Source: an uncultured Candidatus Rokubacteria bacterium
Lineage (GTDB): Bacteria > Methylomirabilota > Methylomirabilia > Rokubacteriales > CSP1-6
Length of the DNA stretch: 64,000 nucleotides
Assembly: GCA_963754315.1 (NCBI GenBank)
Contig: CAVWFS010000018.1
Location: 224,001-288,000 of the forward strand
Direction: 5' to 3'
Shown here: piece after piece, positions 1-9,739 of the stretch
Layout of the letters: the number at the start of each line of letters is the position of its first letter
Position numbering within the stretch: position 1 is the first letter of the stretch
Made by a program: the position numbers and the translations under genes
Notes under the pieces: generated by a model
Told to the model about the DNA's origin: nothing
Seen by the model: only the letters and a program-made list of their open reading frames with translations
The model's database searches: none

Positions 1-506
1 GCCACTACGCCCGCTGCCTTCAGCAGCACGGCCATCGGCTAACCCCCGAGCACCTGATCATCCAGGCCAGCGCTTATGTGGCCGACAGCAAGGCCCAGGC
101 TGTGAAGGAGGCGGGACCGTATACGCTCTACTTCAACCAAACGCTGTTCAGCCACGGCAACATCAGCGAGGCGAATCTACAGCGGAACGCCGGTTATCTT
201 AGTACCTCCTCCTTCGACTACGTGCGTCCCGAGAACCTTGCCGCCGTCTCCGGTGCCCGCGAGCGCTACCGGGGTATGACCATGGCCGACATCGAGCGGG
301 AGGCAGAGCAATTGCCGTGGGGCACGCCGGACGAAGTGGTAGAGCGAATTATCGCGGCGGCCGACCACGCCGGCGCCGCCACCGTGCTCGTGAACATGAA
401 CCGGGGCGCCATGCCGCACGAGATGTTCATGGAGCAGATCCAGCGCTTCGGCACCAAAGTGCTGCCGGCCCTCCAGGCCCACCGCGTCCGCGACGTGGCG
501 CGCTGA
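1..506 (+). CDS. LLM-class (luciferase-like) flavin-dependent oxidoreductase, C-terminal part (5' truncated by window edge)
   Basis: Ends WGTPDEVVERI...GAMPHEMFMEQIQRFGTKVLPAL, a typical luciferase-like C-terminus; the frame is open from the window start. Confidence 0.8.
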   Translation, partial: HYARCLQQHGHRLTPEHLIIQASAYVADSKAQAVKEAGPYTLYFNQTLFSHGNISEANLQRNAGYLSTSSFDYVRPENLAAVSGARERYRGMTMADIEREAEQLPWGTPDEVVERIIAAADHAGAATVLVNMNRGAMPHEMFMEQIQRFGTKVLPALQAHRVRDVAR

Positions 507-581
507 AAGAGTCGACCAGATCTCGAGGTCTGAACAACCAGACCGCCAAGCCGTCAACCTCAAGGGCAAGAGGTCTCCGGC

Positions 582-3500
582 CTACCTGGTCGACGCCGTG
601 AACCGGCTCATCGTGCCGAGGCCATGTTCGGCGGCCGCGGGTGGGGCCGCGCCGACGGGGAGCCCGTCGCGGTAGACGACGGTGTTGGTCCCGAGCGCCG
701 GCACGCGTGGTCCAGGGGTAAGGATGCCGACCAGGTTCAACGGATCCACGGCCGCCACGCGGACGATCTCGCCCGTCCGCTCGAGGCGGCGGGTCTGACG
801 CAGGGCTTCCACCGCTTCGGGGAGCGCGTACTGCTCGCCAACGAAGCCGGTGACGAACCGGCCTCCGCGCGCGGTGCCGCGCGCCTCGAGCCGGCGTAGG
901 GCGCGGTGGACTTCGCGCCAGGGCAGGGCCAGGGTCTCTCGCGCGGCGAGATCGCGAAAGACCACGCCGTACCGGGCCAGGAGCTGCTCGGCCACCGCCT
1001 CAGCCAACGTCTCGACGTCGCCGTCGATCTCGTCGTTCGGCAGCACCGACCAGCGCCCCTCCGAGCGTCGCCCACCTAGCGCTGGGCGCCGCAGTGTCCC
1101 TCGGGAGAGCGCGTGACCGGCGCGGCGTGCCCAGCGCTCGCGGGGCGAGAGGAGCGCCCGGACGCTCCCGAAGCCGTCCGCGGTGACGAGACCACGCGCG
1201 ACCAGCTCCCATAGCCCCTCCGTGGCCTGAGCACGTAGACGGCCTGTCGCCGCGACGATCTCTTCGTAGAAGAGGGCGCCGCGGACGCGCAGGCACTCGA
1301 GGACGTCCTGCGCCACGCTCGTGCGGGGCGGCGCGGCCGGCCCCTGACCACGTGTGGCCCGTAGCAGCCAAGGGAGGTTGTCTCGTACTAAGAAGCTCAT
1401 CGGGGTCGCCCGCGATGAGGTGGGGGCACCTGCATCAGCAAGGTCGTTGCCCGTTCGGACGCCGAGACGGGCCCACATGGCGGTGCCCGCCAGGCACAGA
1501 TCGTCCAGCCAGGCGCCGCGATACTCGGCCACGCGGGCAGGGAGGATGGTGGCCTCCCAGGCGCCCGCCGCGATCTCGAAGCCCTGAAGCTGTTCGATCA
1601 CCGCCAGGACTCCTTGGCGCCCTTCGAGCTGCGTACCCGGAGCCACGTGCTGCCAGCGGAAGAGAAACCGCAGGAAGTCCTGGGCAGTTACCGGCTCGAT
1701 CTCGCGCCGCAGTCTCTCGGTCGTGTAGCGATGGATGCGAGCGAGCAGGCGACGTTCGCAGATCTCTGCCCGATCTTCCCCGGCCGAGCTGTCTGGATCG
1801 AAGCGACCCCTCAGGAGGAAGCCTTCCGATTCCAGACGGGCCACCGCCGCGTCTACCACGTCGAGACCCAGTCCGGTTCGCTCTGCGATCTCGGAAGCCA
1901 CGCACGGCCCCAAACCGCCGAGATGTCCACGCACCGCCGCCACCGCGGCTGTCTCCGCGTCCGGCGCGTGGGCAGCCAGCCCACGAGGCAGACGGACATC
2001 GGGTCTGATAGTTGCGTCGGGGAACAGCGCCTCGACGGCGGTCCGGCGTTCAGTAGCCAGCCACAACAGACCGGCCGCGGAATCGGCGGTCGCGGCGCGG
2101 CCCTCATCGACCAGCTCGTCGAACCAGACGGCCCAATCCGCCTGCGGCCGCAGCACCAGCAGCTCGAGCAACACATCGTGCAGCTCCTCGACGTCGCGCG
2201 GTACCGGGCGCGCCTCGTCGCGCACACGGGCGATCGCCTCCCGATCAAGCTCGCCCAGATCACGCACGCTCTCCGGCAGGCCGCGGCGGAGCGCGACCGC
2301 GCGCGTGCGGCGCTCCTCCAGCGGGGCGTCGTCGAGGAACGTGTACGGCCGCCCATTCAGGATCTCGTGAGCAAGAGGCGAAGGCTCAGTCGACTCACGG
2401 AAGTGAGTGCGGATCGTTCCCGCCTGAATGCCTTCGAGGAGTCGGACCAGCCCGTCCACGTCGGTAGCTTCGTGCAGGCAGTCGTGCACGGTCTGCCGTA
2501 CCAGGGGGTGATCCGGGATCTCCACTGGCCCTGCAGGGGCGTTGTCTTGGCACGCAGCAAGGCCAGGGAAGACCGCCGCCATCAGATCGTCCGCCTCCAT
2601 CCGCTGAATGGGTGGCGGGTTACGCTTGCCGCCCCGCATTCGCAGCACGGCCAAGGCGCGGCCGAGGTTCCAGCGCCAGCGCACCTGGAACATCGGCGAG
2701 AGGAGCAATGCCTGCACGAGGGTGTCGCGGACTGTTTGAGCGGAGAGGAAACGCGAGATGGCCGAGAGCGGCATGCTCTGCTGGGGGCCGAGGGACAGCA
2801 CGACCGCATCATCGTCGGCGGCCGCCTGCAACTCGAAATCGAAGGACCGGCAGAACCGCTTGCGAAGCGCCAGGCCGAGCCCGCGATTGACCCGGCCGCC
2901 GAACGGTGCATGAATCACCAGCTGCATGCCTCCCGTCTCGTCGAAGAACCGCTCGAAGACGACGTCGCGCTGGGTCGGCAATACTCCGAGGGCGGTCGCG
3001 CCCGCCCACAAGTAGCGGACGATCTCTCGGGCTACCTCCGGCCCCACGCCGCTCTCGCTCTCGACCCAGGCCCGGGCCGCTGCCTCGTCGCCGCTGGCCA
3101 GCCGAGCGCCGACCCGCTCGCGGAGATCGGACACTTCGCAGGACAGCTCGGCCGTTCGAGCGGGCGCCTCGCCGAGCCAGAAGGGAACCGACGGTGGCGC
3201 CCCCGCGGCGTCGACCACGCGGACGATGCCTGCTTCCACCCGCCGAATCCGCCATGAGGTGCTGCCGAGCAAGAAGATGTCCCCGGCCATGCTCTCGATG
3301 GCCCAGTCCTCGTTGACGGTACCGACCACGGTGTCGTCGGGATCGGCCACGACTTTGTAGTCAGCCGTCTCTGGGATGGCGCCGCCGGAGGTGAGGGCGG
3401 CCAGGCGGGCCGCCCGCCGGCCCCGCAGGACTCCGTTCACCCGGTCGCGATGGAGATAGGCGGCCCGCCGTCCTCTTCCCGTCTGCATTCCTTCCGCGAG

Positions 3501-4883
3501 CATCTCTACCACCGACTCAAAATCCTGGCGCGTGAGCTCGGCGTAGGGCGCGGCTTGCCTTACGAGGGCAAAGAGCGCGTCCTCGTGCCAGGGCTCCGCG
3601 GCGCAGGCGGCCACGATCTGCTGGGCGAGAATGTCGAGCGGCGCCTGGGGCGGTTCGATCGTATCGAGCTTACCTGCGCGCACCCCGCGCAAAAGCGCGG
3701 CGCTCTCCACCAGCTCATCGCGGCTGGTTGGATAGAGGCGGCCCTTCGGGGTGACTCCCAGCGCGTGTCCCGAACGTCCTACGCGCTGCAGGAACGTGCC
3801 GAGACTGCGTGGAGAGCCGATCTGACAGACCAGCTCGATGGGCCCGATGTCGATGCCGAGCTCGAGGGAGGCGGTGGCCACCAGCGCCTTGAGATCACCG
3901 GCGCGGAGGCGTTCCTCCAGACGTAGGCGCCGGTCGCGGGACAAGCTGCCGTGGTGCGCGGCGACCTGGTCGGGGCCAAGGCGTTCGCTGAGGAGATGGG
4001 CGATGCGCTCGGCCAACCGGCGCGTGTTCACAAAGATCAGCGTGGTGCGGTGCGCTTTGACCTCACGCGCGATGCGGTCCAGCACGTCGGCCCACTGCTC
4101 GTGTGAGATGACCGCCTCGAGCTCGCTGTCGGGCAGCTCGATAGCCAGGTCGAGGGCGCGACGATGCCCAAGGTCGACGACCTCGCAGGCGGGGGCCCCG
4201 TTCGCGGTGCTGCGCCCCGGCCCTGTCCCGACCAGCAGCCGCGCGATGGTCTCTATGGGCCGTTGAGTCGCCGAGAGCCCGATGCGCTGAGGACGATGCT
4301 CGCCGAGCGCATCGAGCCGTTCCAGGGTCAGGCTCAGGTGCGAGCCGCGCTTGTCCCGGGCCACGGCGTGGATCTCGTCGACGATCACCGTCCGCACCCG
4401 GCGCAGTTGCTCTCGGCTCCGCTGGGCCGTGACCAGGAGGTAGAGCGACTCGGGTGTGGTCACCAGGATGTGAGGTGGACGGCGCGTCATGGCCGCGCGA
4501 GCGCCGGCCGAGGTGTCGCCGGTCCGGACCTGCGCGCGCACGTCGGGGAGGACGATCCCTTGCTCGCTCGCCAGGCTCCGGATCTCGGCCAGGGGAATTT
4601 CCAGGTTCTGGTGAATGTCACGGGCTAACGCCTTGAGGGGTGACACGTAGACGACGTCGATCGCCTCGGACACGTCCTCGCTGACACTGGCCTGCAGAAG
4701 ACGATCGATACAGACGAGGAAGGCCGCCAAGGTCTTGCCCGATCCGGTGGGCGCCGCGATCAGGACATCGCGCCCCGCCCCGATTCGCGGCCAACCCTCG
4801 ACCTGGGCGGGGGTCGGCCCGCCCGGAAACCGACGGGTAAACCACTGCTGGACGACGGAATGAAACGCCGGGGACAGCTCCAT
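582..4883 (-). CDS. lhr: Lhr-family DEAD/DEAH-box helicase (long form)
   Basis: APTGSGKT, YVSPLKAL, VDEIH, GLSAT, HHGSL, SLELGID and QRVGRSGH motifs; C-terminal RGGRFVTGFVGEQYA tail. Confidence 0.95.
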   Translation of the reverse strand: MELSPAFHSVVQQWFTRRFPGGPTPAQVEGWPRIGAGRDVLIAAPTGSGKTLAAFLVCIDRLLQASVSEDVSEAIDVVYVSPLKALARDIHQNLEIPLAEIRSLASEQGIVLPDVRAQVRTGDTSAGARAAMTRRPPHILVTTPESLYLLVTAQRSREQLRRVRTVIVDEIHAVARDKRGSHLSLTLERLDALGEHRPQRIGLSATQRPIETIARLLVGTGPGRSTANGAPACEVVDLGHRRALDLAIELPDSELEAVISHEQWADVLDRIAREVKAHRTTLIFVNTRRLAERIAHLLSERLGPDQVAAHHGSLSRDRRLRLEERLRAGDLKALVATASLELGIDIGPIELVCQIGSPRSLGTFLQRVGRSGHALGVTPKGRLYPTSRDELVESAALLRGVRAGKLDTIEPPQAPLDILAQQIVAACAAEPWHEDALFALVRQAAPYAELTRQDFESVVEMLAEGMQTGRGRRAAYLHRDRVNGVLRGRRAARLAALTSGGAIPETADYKVVADPDDTVVGTVNEDWAIESMAGDIFLLGSTSWRIRRVEAGIVRVVDAAGAPPSVPFWLGEAPARTAELSCEVSDLRERVGARLASGDEAAARAWVESESGVGPEVAREIVRYLWAGATALGVLPTQRDVVFERFFDETGGMQLVIHAPFGGRVNRGLGLALRKRFCRSFDFELQAAADDDAVVLSLGPQQSMPLSAISRFLSAQTVRDTLVQALLLSPMFQVRWRWNLGRALAVLRMRGGKRNPPPIQRMEADDLMAAVFPGLAACQDNAPAGPVEIPDHPLVRQTVHDCLHEATDVDGLVRLLEGIQAGTIRTHFRESTEPSPLAHEILNGRPYTFLDDAPLEERRTRAVALRRGLPESVRDLGELDREAIARVRDEARPVPRDVEELHDVLLELLVLRPQADWAVWFDELVDEGRAATADSAAGLLWLATERRTAVEALFPDATIRPDVRLPRGLAAHAPDAETAAVAAVRGHLGGLGPCVASEIAERTGLGLDVVDAAVARLESEGFLLRGRFDPDSSAGEDRAEICERRLLARIHRYTTERLRREIEPVTAQDFLRFLFRWQHVAPGTQLEGRQGVLAVIEQLQGFEIAAGAWEATILPARVAEYRGAWLDDLCLAGTAMWARLGVRTGNDLADAGAPTSSRATPMSFLVRDNLPWLLRATRGQGPAAPPRTSVAQDVLECLRVRGALFYEEIVAATGRLRAQATEGLWELVARGLVTADGFGSVRALLSPRERWARRAGHALSRGTLRRPALGGRRSEGRWSVLPNDEIDGDVETLAEAVAEQLLARYGVVFRDLAARETLALPWREVHRALRRLEARGTARGGRFVTGFVGEQYALPEAVEALRQTRRLERTGEIVRVAAVDPLNLVGILTPGPRVPALGTNTVVYRDGLPVGAAPPAAAEHGLGTMSRFTASTR

Positions 4884-5028
4884 ACGCCTAGCCTACGCTT
4901 CTTCCCATGACTTGGCCGCCCAAGGCTAGGGGAGGGAGTACCAGAAACCCTTCCTGGGTGAAGGGAGCATCGAGGGTGATGGCGCGGGCGGCGGTCAGAA
5001 CAAGAAGGTCAGGAAGTCGCTCCGCGCG

Positions 5029-6276
5029 CTACCTGACCGGCTTGAACGCGGCGGGCAGCCGTTTGATGCCACGGATGAAGTTCGAGCGAAGCTTCTCCGG
5101 CTTGCTGGTGGCCTCGATGTCGGGCAGACGGCGCAGCAGCTCGGTGAACATGACGATGATTTCGCGCCGGGCCAGGTGAGCCCCCAGGCAGAAGTGGGGT
5201 CCGCCGGTGCCGAAGCCGCCTTGCTCGTTCGGCTCGCGCGTAATATCGAAGCGATAGGGATCGGCGAAATGCGCCTCGTCGCGGTTGGCCGAGATGTACC
5301 ACATGACCACCTTGTCGCCCTCGCGCATGTCGACGCCGGCGAAGGTGGTGTCGCGGGTCAGGGTGCGGCGCATGTGCATGACGGGGCTGGCCCAGCGGAC
5401 GATCTCCTCGGCTGCGGTGCCGGCGAGACCTTCCAGGTCGACCAGCCACCGCTGCTTCTGGTCCGGAAACTGCGTGAAGGCCCACAGGCCGTGGCTGAGA
5501 GCGGTGCGCGTGGTCTCGTTGCCGGCCGCGATCAGCAGGAGCACGAACGGGCCGAGGTCCTCGGGCGGCATGGCCTCCCCATCGACCTCGGCGTGGACGA
5601 GCGTCGTGGTCAGGTCGTTCTGAGGGTCCTCCAGACGGCTCCGGCCTAGCCAGAGCCCGTAGTCGCGCAGCTCTTCCCCCGCCTTTCGGAGGGACTCCTT
5701 GGTGCCGCCGTACTCTGGATCGCCGCCAGCGAGGAGTTTGTTGGTGAGGTCGAGCAGCCTGGGTCGATCCGCCTCGGGCACACCCATCATGTCGCAGATG
5801 ATGGCCACCGGCAGCACGTCGGCTACCTCGGACACGAACTCGATCTCGCCCTTGGGGGCAATCGTGTCGACGATCTCCCGGGCTCGGCGTCGAACCGACT
5901 CTTCGGCCTTGGCGACCATTCGTGGCGTGAAGCCCCGATTGACGACCCCACGCAGCTTGGTGTGCTTCGGAGGATCGGTCGAGATCATGGAACGAATGGC
6001 GGTGAGCTGGGCCATGTCCTCGGGATCCATCATTGCCTGGATCCCGAAGGCGGAACTGAAGGTGTCCCAGGCGCGGGTGGCGGCGGCCACGTCAACAAAG
6101 CGGGTGAGCGACCAGAACCCCTTGCCAGAGTCGGCGTGCTGATGCCAGGCGACCGGCCGCTCGCGACGCAGCTTGGCCAGCGCGCCGTCCACGTCATCGC
6201 GCATCCAGAAGTCGAAGCTCGCCAGGTTGATGTCGTCCACGGCGAGGGTGGTCGTCGGGGTCGGGATTATGCTCAT
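5029..6276 (-). CDS. Cytochrome P450 (CYP125/CYP142-like)
   Basis: AGNETT I-helix, EEIVRW ExxR motif, heme motif FGTGGPHFCLG. Confidence 0.95.
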   Translation of the reverse strand: MSIIPTPTTTLAVDDINLASFDFWMRDDVDGALAKLRRERPVAWHQHADSGKGFWSLTRFVDVAAATRAWDTFSSAFGIQAMMDPEDMAQLTAIRSMISTDPPKHTKLRGVVNRGFTPRMVAKAEESVRRRAREIVDTIAPKGEIEFVSEVADVLPVAIICDMMGVPEADRPRLLDLTNKLLAGGDPEYGGTKESLRKAGEELRDYGLWLGRSRLEDPQNDLTTTLVHAEVDGEAMPPEDLGPFVLLLIAAGNETTRTALSHGLWAFTQFPDQKQRWLVDLEGLAGTAAEEIVRWASPVMHMRRTLTRDTTFAGVDMREGDKVVMWYISANRDEAHFADPYRFDITREPNEQGGFGTGGPHFCLGAHLARREIIVMFTELLRRLPDIEATSKPEKLRSNFIRGIKRLPAAFKPVR

Positions 6277-6404
6277 CGCATGCTCCTTCCGCGTGCGTCT
6301 CGGCCTTCCTCAAACCTGCCTCTTCCGACTACTCTATTGGCGATACTCTCGTCAAGACGGATCAGCGGAGGGTCGTGAGGACACTCCTCGTGGAGGAACG
6401 CGGG

Positions 6405-6602
6405 ATGCAAGTGAAGGTGGATCACGATCTCTGCGAGAGCAATGGGGTGTGTGCGCGGCTGGCGCCGGAAGTCTTCGAGGTCGGCGAGGACGACCGGCTT
6501 CACCTGAAGCTGGAGCGGCCCCCCCAGACACTCCGCGCGCGGGTCGAGGAGGCCGTGCGGAGGTGCCCCAAGCAGGCCCTCTCCATCGTCGAGGCGCCCT
6601 GA
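6405..6602 (+). CDS. 3Fe-4S ferredoxin
   Basis: CESNGVC...CP motif, 65 aa, GGAGG RBS upstream of ATG 6405, divergent from the P450. Confidence 0.9.
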   Translation: MQVKVDHDLCESNGVCARLAPEVFEVGEDDRLHLKLERPPQTLRARVEEAVRRCPKQALSIVEAP

Positions 6603-6606
6603 ACCT

Positions 6607-7164
6607 TCAGAAAAAGAAGGTCAAGTTCTTGGCGAGCAGGACGCTCTGATCGAGGACGATCTTGCGTCGGGCAATTTTCCAGTCCCCGCTGATCCGGCGC
6701 AGCAGATCCTCACGCTTGCCCACCAGGAGGTCCGTCTCCGTCTCCACGCGGTTACGGTAGATCAGAAAGCGGCACTTGACCTCGACCTCTGACGGCGTCG
6801 GCCCCGGCGGCGCTGTCCCGACGAGCTGAACGTTGGAGACCATGTGACAGATGCGGGAAGGGGGCTCCTCGGCCCAGTGGATGCCGGTGAGGATCTGGCG
6901 CACGCGCCGGGTGAGGGTGTCCTTGCCCTCGTCGAACCAGTTGACGTCCCGCCCCTCGCGGGTGAACTCGCGCTCGGGCGCGTCGTGGGGGACGTTGCGG
7001 CGCATCGGCATCCAGTAGTGGCAATCGTCTGTGAGAAGCTCGAGCCACTCCTCGTAGCGCCGCTCGTCCAATAGCTCGGCTTCCCGATACAGAAACTCCT
7101 CGACCTCCGCCTTGACGAGCAGGCGCCCGAGAGTCTCGCTCAGCTGCGCCAGGCCCTCCGTCAC
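6607..7164 (-). CDS. Aromatic ring-hydroxylating dioxygenase beta subunit
   Basis: EEFLYREAELLDERRYEEWL, WAEEPPSR, KIARRKIVLDQ...NLTFFF; GTG start overlaps the alpha-subunit stop (GTGA). Confidence 0.92.
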   Translation of the reverse strand: MTEGLAQLSETLGRLLVKAEVEEFLYREAELLDERRYEEWLELLTDDCHYWMPMRRNVPHDAPEREFTREGRDVNWFDEGKDTLTRRVRQILTGIHWAEEPPSRICHMVSNVQLVGTAPPGPTPSEVEVKCRFLIYRNRVETETDLLVGKREDLLRRISGDWKIARRKIVLDQSVLLAKNLTFFF

Positions 7165-8537
7165 GAGGATCGGCGCGGCGGCAACCCCTTGGGTCCAAGC
7201 TCCGCCCAGCTGCCGGCTTCCATGAACTGGCGCCAGCGACAGTAGAAGCCGCGCTGATTGTTCTCGCTGGCTGTCCCCACCGGCACGTCGTTGATGACTC
7301 CGGGCAGCCGAAGGCCATGGTCCTCGAAGGCGTGAGTCTCCCGCCCGAGGCCCATCTCGTAGTTGTAGGGATACTGGCGGGCGATGGTGCCACGGCTGGC
7401 GGCATGGGCGTAGTTCCAGTTCTCCATGTCGTCCTGCTCGGTCAGCCCTGCCGGACCGGAGTAGCGGATGTAGTAGTGGCGCAAGTAGTCCTTGACCTCG
7501 GCCGGAGCATCGGCGTCGACGAGATACCAGCGCCATACTTCAGTGTGGTGAGGGCCACGCGGGTGCCACACGGCAAGCGTGCGCGGCTGGCGGGCCAGGG
7601 GCGACATGTTGGGGAAAACGGTGCCGGGGCCGCCGAAGAGCCGCCACAGCTCACCACGCCGCAGGCGGCGGGCCTCCTCGCAGCCTCGGAAGTAGTCGGC
7701 CACGGCGGGCGCGTCCTGGTAAGCCGGCGCGACGGCCGAGTCGGGTGGCCGCAGGAACGTGATCATCGAGTGCCCGAGGTCGGGAAACGAGACGTCGAGC
7801 CACCGCGACTCGTTTCGCTCCTGATTGTCGCGGCGCCCCTTGCCGCTGGGTCCGATGCCGACCATGTCGACCGAACGGTGGCTGACCCCGTGGTACCGGT
7901 CGCCGGAGAAGTTCTCAGCCGGAAACTTCCAGTTACTGGGGATGCGCCACTTGTGGATTCCCCCGATCACCTCGGTGCCGCCCTCGCGACCGTCCCAGGC
8001 GTCGAGCAGCAGGTCGAGGTAGAGCTTGTAGCCCCCGATGTAGTCGAGGAACGGGGGCGCTGCCGGGTCCCAGGTCGCCCAGATCGCGCCCTTGTAGTTT
8101 TCCATCAGGGCGACCTCGACGAGCCCCCACCGTGACCGGTCGAGTTGGGCCCCGTAGGCATCCTTGGCGAACGGCACGCCGACCAGGGCCCCGTCGGTGG
8201 CGTAGCTCCAACCGTGGTAAGGGCACATGAACTCCACAGTATTGCCGTCATCGTAGCGGCAGACCTTCATGCCCCGGTGTCGGCACGAGTTCAGGAATAC
8301 ATGAATCCGCCCCGCCCGATCACGGCACAGGATGACCGACTCCTCACCCATCGACGATACGAAGTAGTCGCCGGGGCGCGGAATCTGGCTCTCATGTCCC
8401 ACGAAGAGCCAGGCCCGCGCGAAGATCTGCTCCTGCTCACGCCGGTAGATCTCCTCACTCACGAAGATCTCCCGGCTGATGATTCCGCGCTCGACGTCGA
8501 CCAGCTCGTTCACCTTCCCGGACTGTCCGCTGGCCAT
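7161..8537 (-). CDS. Rieske aromatic ring-hydroxylating dioxygenase alpha subunit
   Basis: Rieske motif CRHRG...CPYHGW; mononuclear-iron region NWKFPAENFSGDRYHGVSH; QDDMENW. Confidence 0.95.
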   Translation of the reverse strand: MASGQSGKVNELVDVERGIISREIFVSEEIYRREQEQIFARAWLFVGHESQIPRPGDYFVSSMGEESVILCRDRAGRIHVFLNSCRHRGMKVCRYDDGNTVEFMCPYHGWSYATDGALVGVPFAKDAYGAQLDRSRWGLVEVALMENYKGAIWATWDPAAPPFLDYIGGYKLYLDLLLDAWDGREGGTEVIGGIHKWRIPSNWKFPAENFSGDRYHGVSHRSVDMVGIGPSGKGRRDNQERNESRWLDVSFPDLGHSMITFLRPPDSAVAPAYQDAPAVADYFRGCEEARRLRRGELWRLFGGPGTVFPNMSPLARQPRTLAVWHPRGPHHTEVWRWYLVDADAPAEVKDYLRHYYIRYSGPAGLTEQDDMENWNYAHAASRGTIARQYPYNYEMGLGRETHAFEDHGLRLPGVINDVPVGTASENNQRGFYCRWRQFMEAGSWAELGPKGLPPRRSS

Positions 8538-8562
8538 GGTGCTTTCTCTCCTGCCGGGCGCC

Positions 8563-9714
8563 TCAGGCCGGGGCGAAGATGCCTCCCGGCGCCACCGAGG
8601 CCGATGCTCCATTCGGGGTGGCGGCGGCAGCCGGTTCCGCAAAGGCCCGATCGCGCTGGAGGGTCGGCATCACGCGGTCGGCGAACAGGCGCATGTTGAG
8701 CTCGGCTTCCTCGTGAGGCATGCCGCCAAAGCCGAATTCGGTGACCAGGTGATCGAGCCCGGTCAGGCGCTGCAGCTCCCCGATCTGCTCCAGGCAGTCC
8801 TGGGGGGTGCCGACGACCTGGATCTTCACGTAGAACTCAGCCGCTTTGCGTCGGTAGCCCTCGTCCTTCATCTTGGTGTACGTCTTGGCCATGCTGCCGT
8901 AGAACTCGTAGCCCTTCACGGATGCCAGGTGCCCGTCCGAGAAGTGATAGTGATTGTCGATCGAGTCGAACTTGCGAGACAGATACGTGAGGGCGCGCTC
9001 CTGCGCCTCCTCCCGGCTCTCCGCGACCGAGATGTTGGTGAGGATGATGGGCGGGCGCGGCGTGTACCCGACACTCGTGGCAATCTCCCGGTAACGATCG
9101 ATGTCGGCGGCCGCCTTCGGCCACTCGTTCTGCATGACGACCAGCACGCCGAAGCCGAGCTTGGCCATGATCTCCGCCGACTCCGGGCTCACCGACGAGG
9201 CATAGAAACGTCGCTCCGGATGCGAGATGGGGCGGGGACGTATGGAAGTACTCGGGATGTGGAAGAACTCACCGTCCCAGTCGAAGACCTCGTGGGTGAG
9301 TGCCTTGACGACCACCTTTGCGGCCTCCACGAAGCGTGGGCGAGCCTCGTCCATCGGAACGCGGAAGCCGGCATACTCGACGCTGGCCGCCCCCCGCCCG
9401 AATCCGAAGAGGCATCGGCCACCCGATAGGACGTCCAGGAGGGCAATCTCCTCCGCCACCCGAACCGGATCGTGCCAGGGCAGGACGATGACGGCTGTCC
9501 CCAGGGTGATACGCCGGGTACGTCCGGCGTAATAGCTCAGCAGCTGGGTCGGCGCCGGGGACATCGCATAGCCGGTGAAGTGGTGCTCGAGGGCAAACAG
9601 CGAATCGAAGCCGAGCGGCTCGGCCAGGTCGCCGAGGGCCAGGTGCTCGGCGAACACCGAGGCATCCGAGCGCCCCTCCTTGGTCAACATGTTGAGGGCG
9701 ATGCCGACTTTCAT
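8563..9714 (-). CDS. LLM-class flavin-dependent oxidoreductase
   Basis: GFDSLFALEHHF, ITLGTAVIVLPWHDPVRVAE, LSGGR..FGFGRG. Confidence 0.92.
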   Translation of the reverse strand: MKVGIALNMLTKEGRSDASVFAEHLALGDLAEPLGFDSLFALEHHFTGYAMSPAPTQLLSYYAGRTRRITLGTAVIVLPWHDPVRVAEEIALLDVLSGGRCLFGFGRGAASVEYAGFRVPMDEARPRFVEAAKVVVKALTHEVFDWDGEFFHIPSTSIRPRPISHPERRFYASSVSPESAEIMAKLGFGVLVVMQNEWPKAAADIDRYREIATSVGYTPRPPIILTNISVAESREEAQERALTYLSRKFDSIDNHYHFSDGHLASVKGYEFYGSMAKTYTKMKDEGYRRKAAEFYVKIQVVGTPQDCLEQIGELQRLTGLDHLVTEFGFGGMPHEEAELNMRLFADRVMPTLQRDRAFAEPAAAATPNGASASVAPGGIFAPA

Positions 9715-9739
9715 GGAATCCTCCGGGTGACGCTATCCG

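Noticed and set aside
582..4883. Lhr helicase as part of an anti-phage defence island
   Set aside because: It is stand-alone, with no defence-type partner genes adjacent; consistent with a DNA-repair helicase
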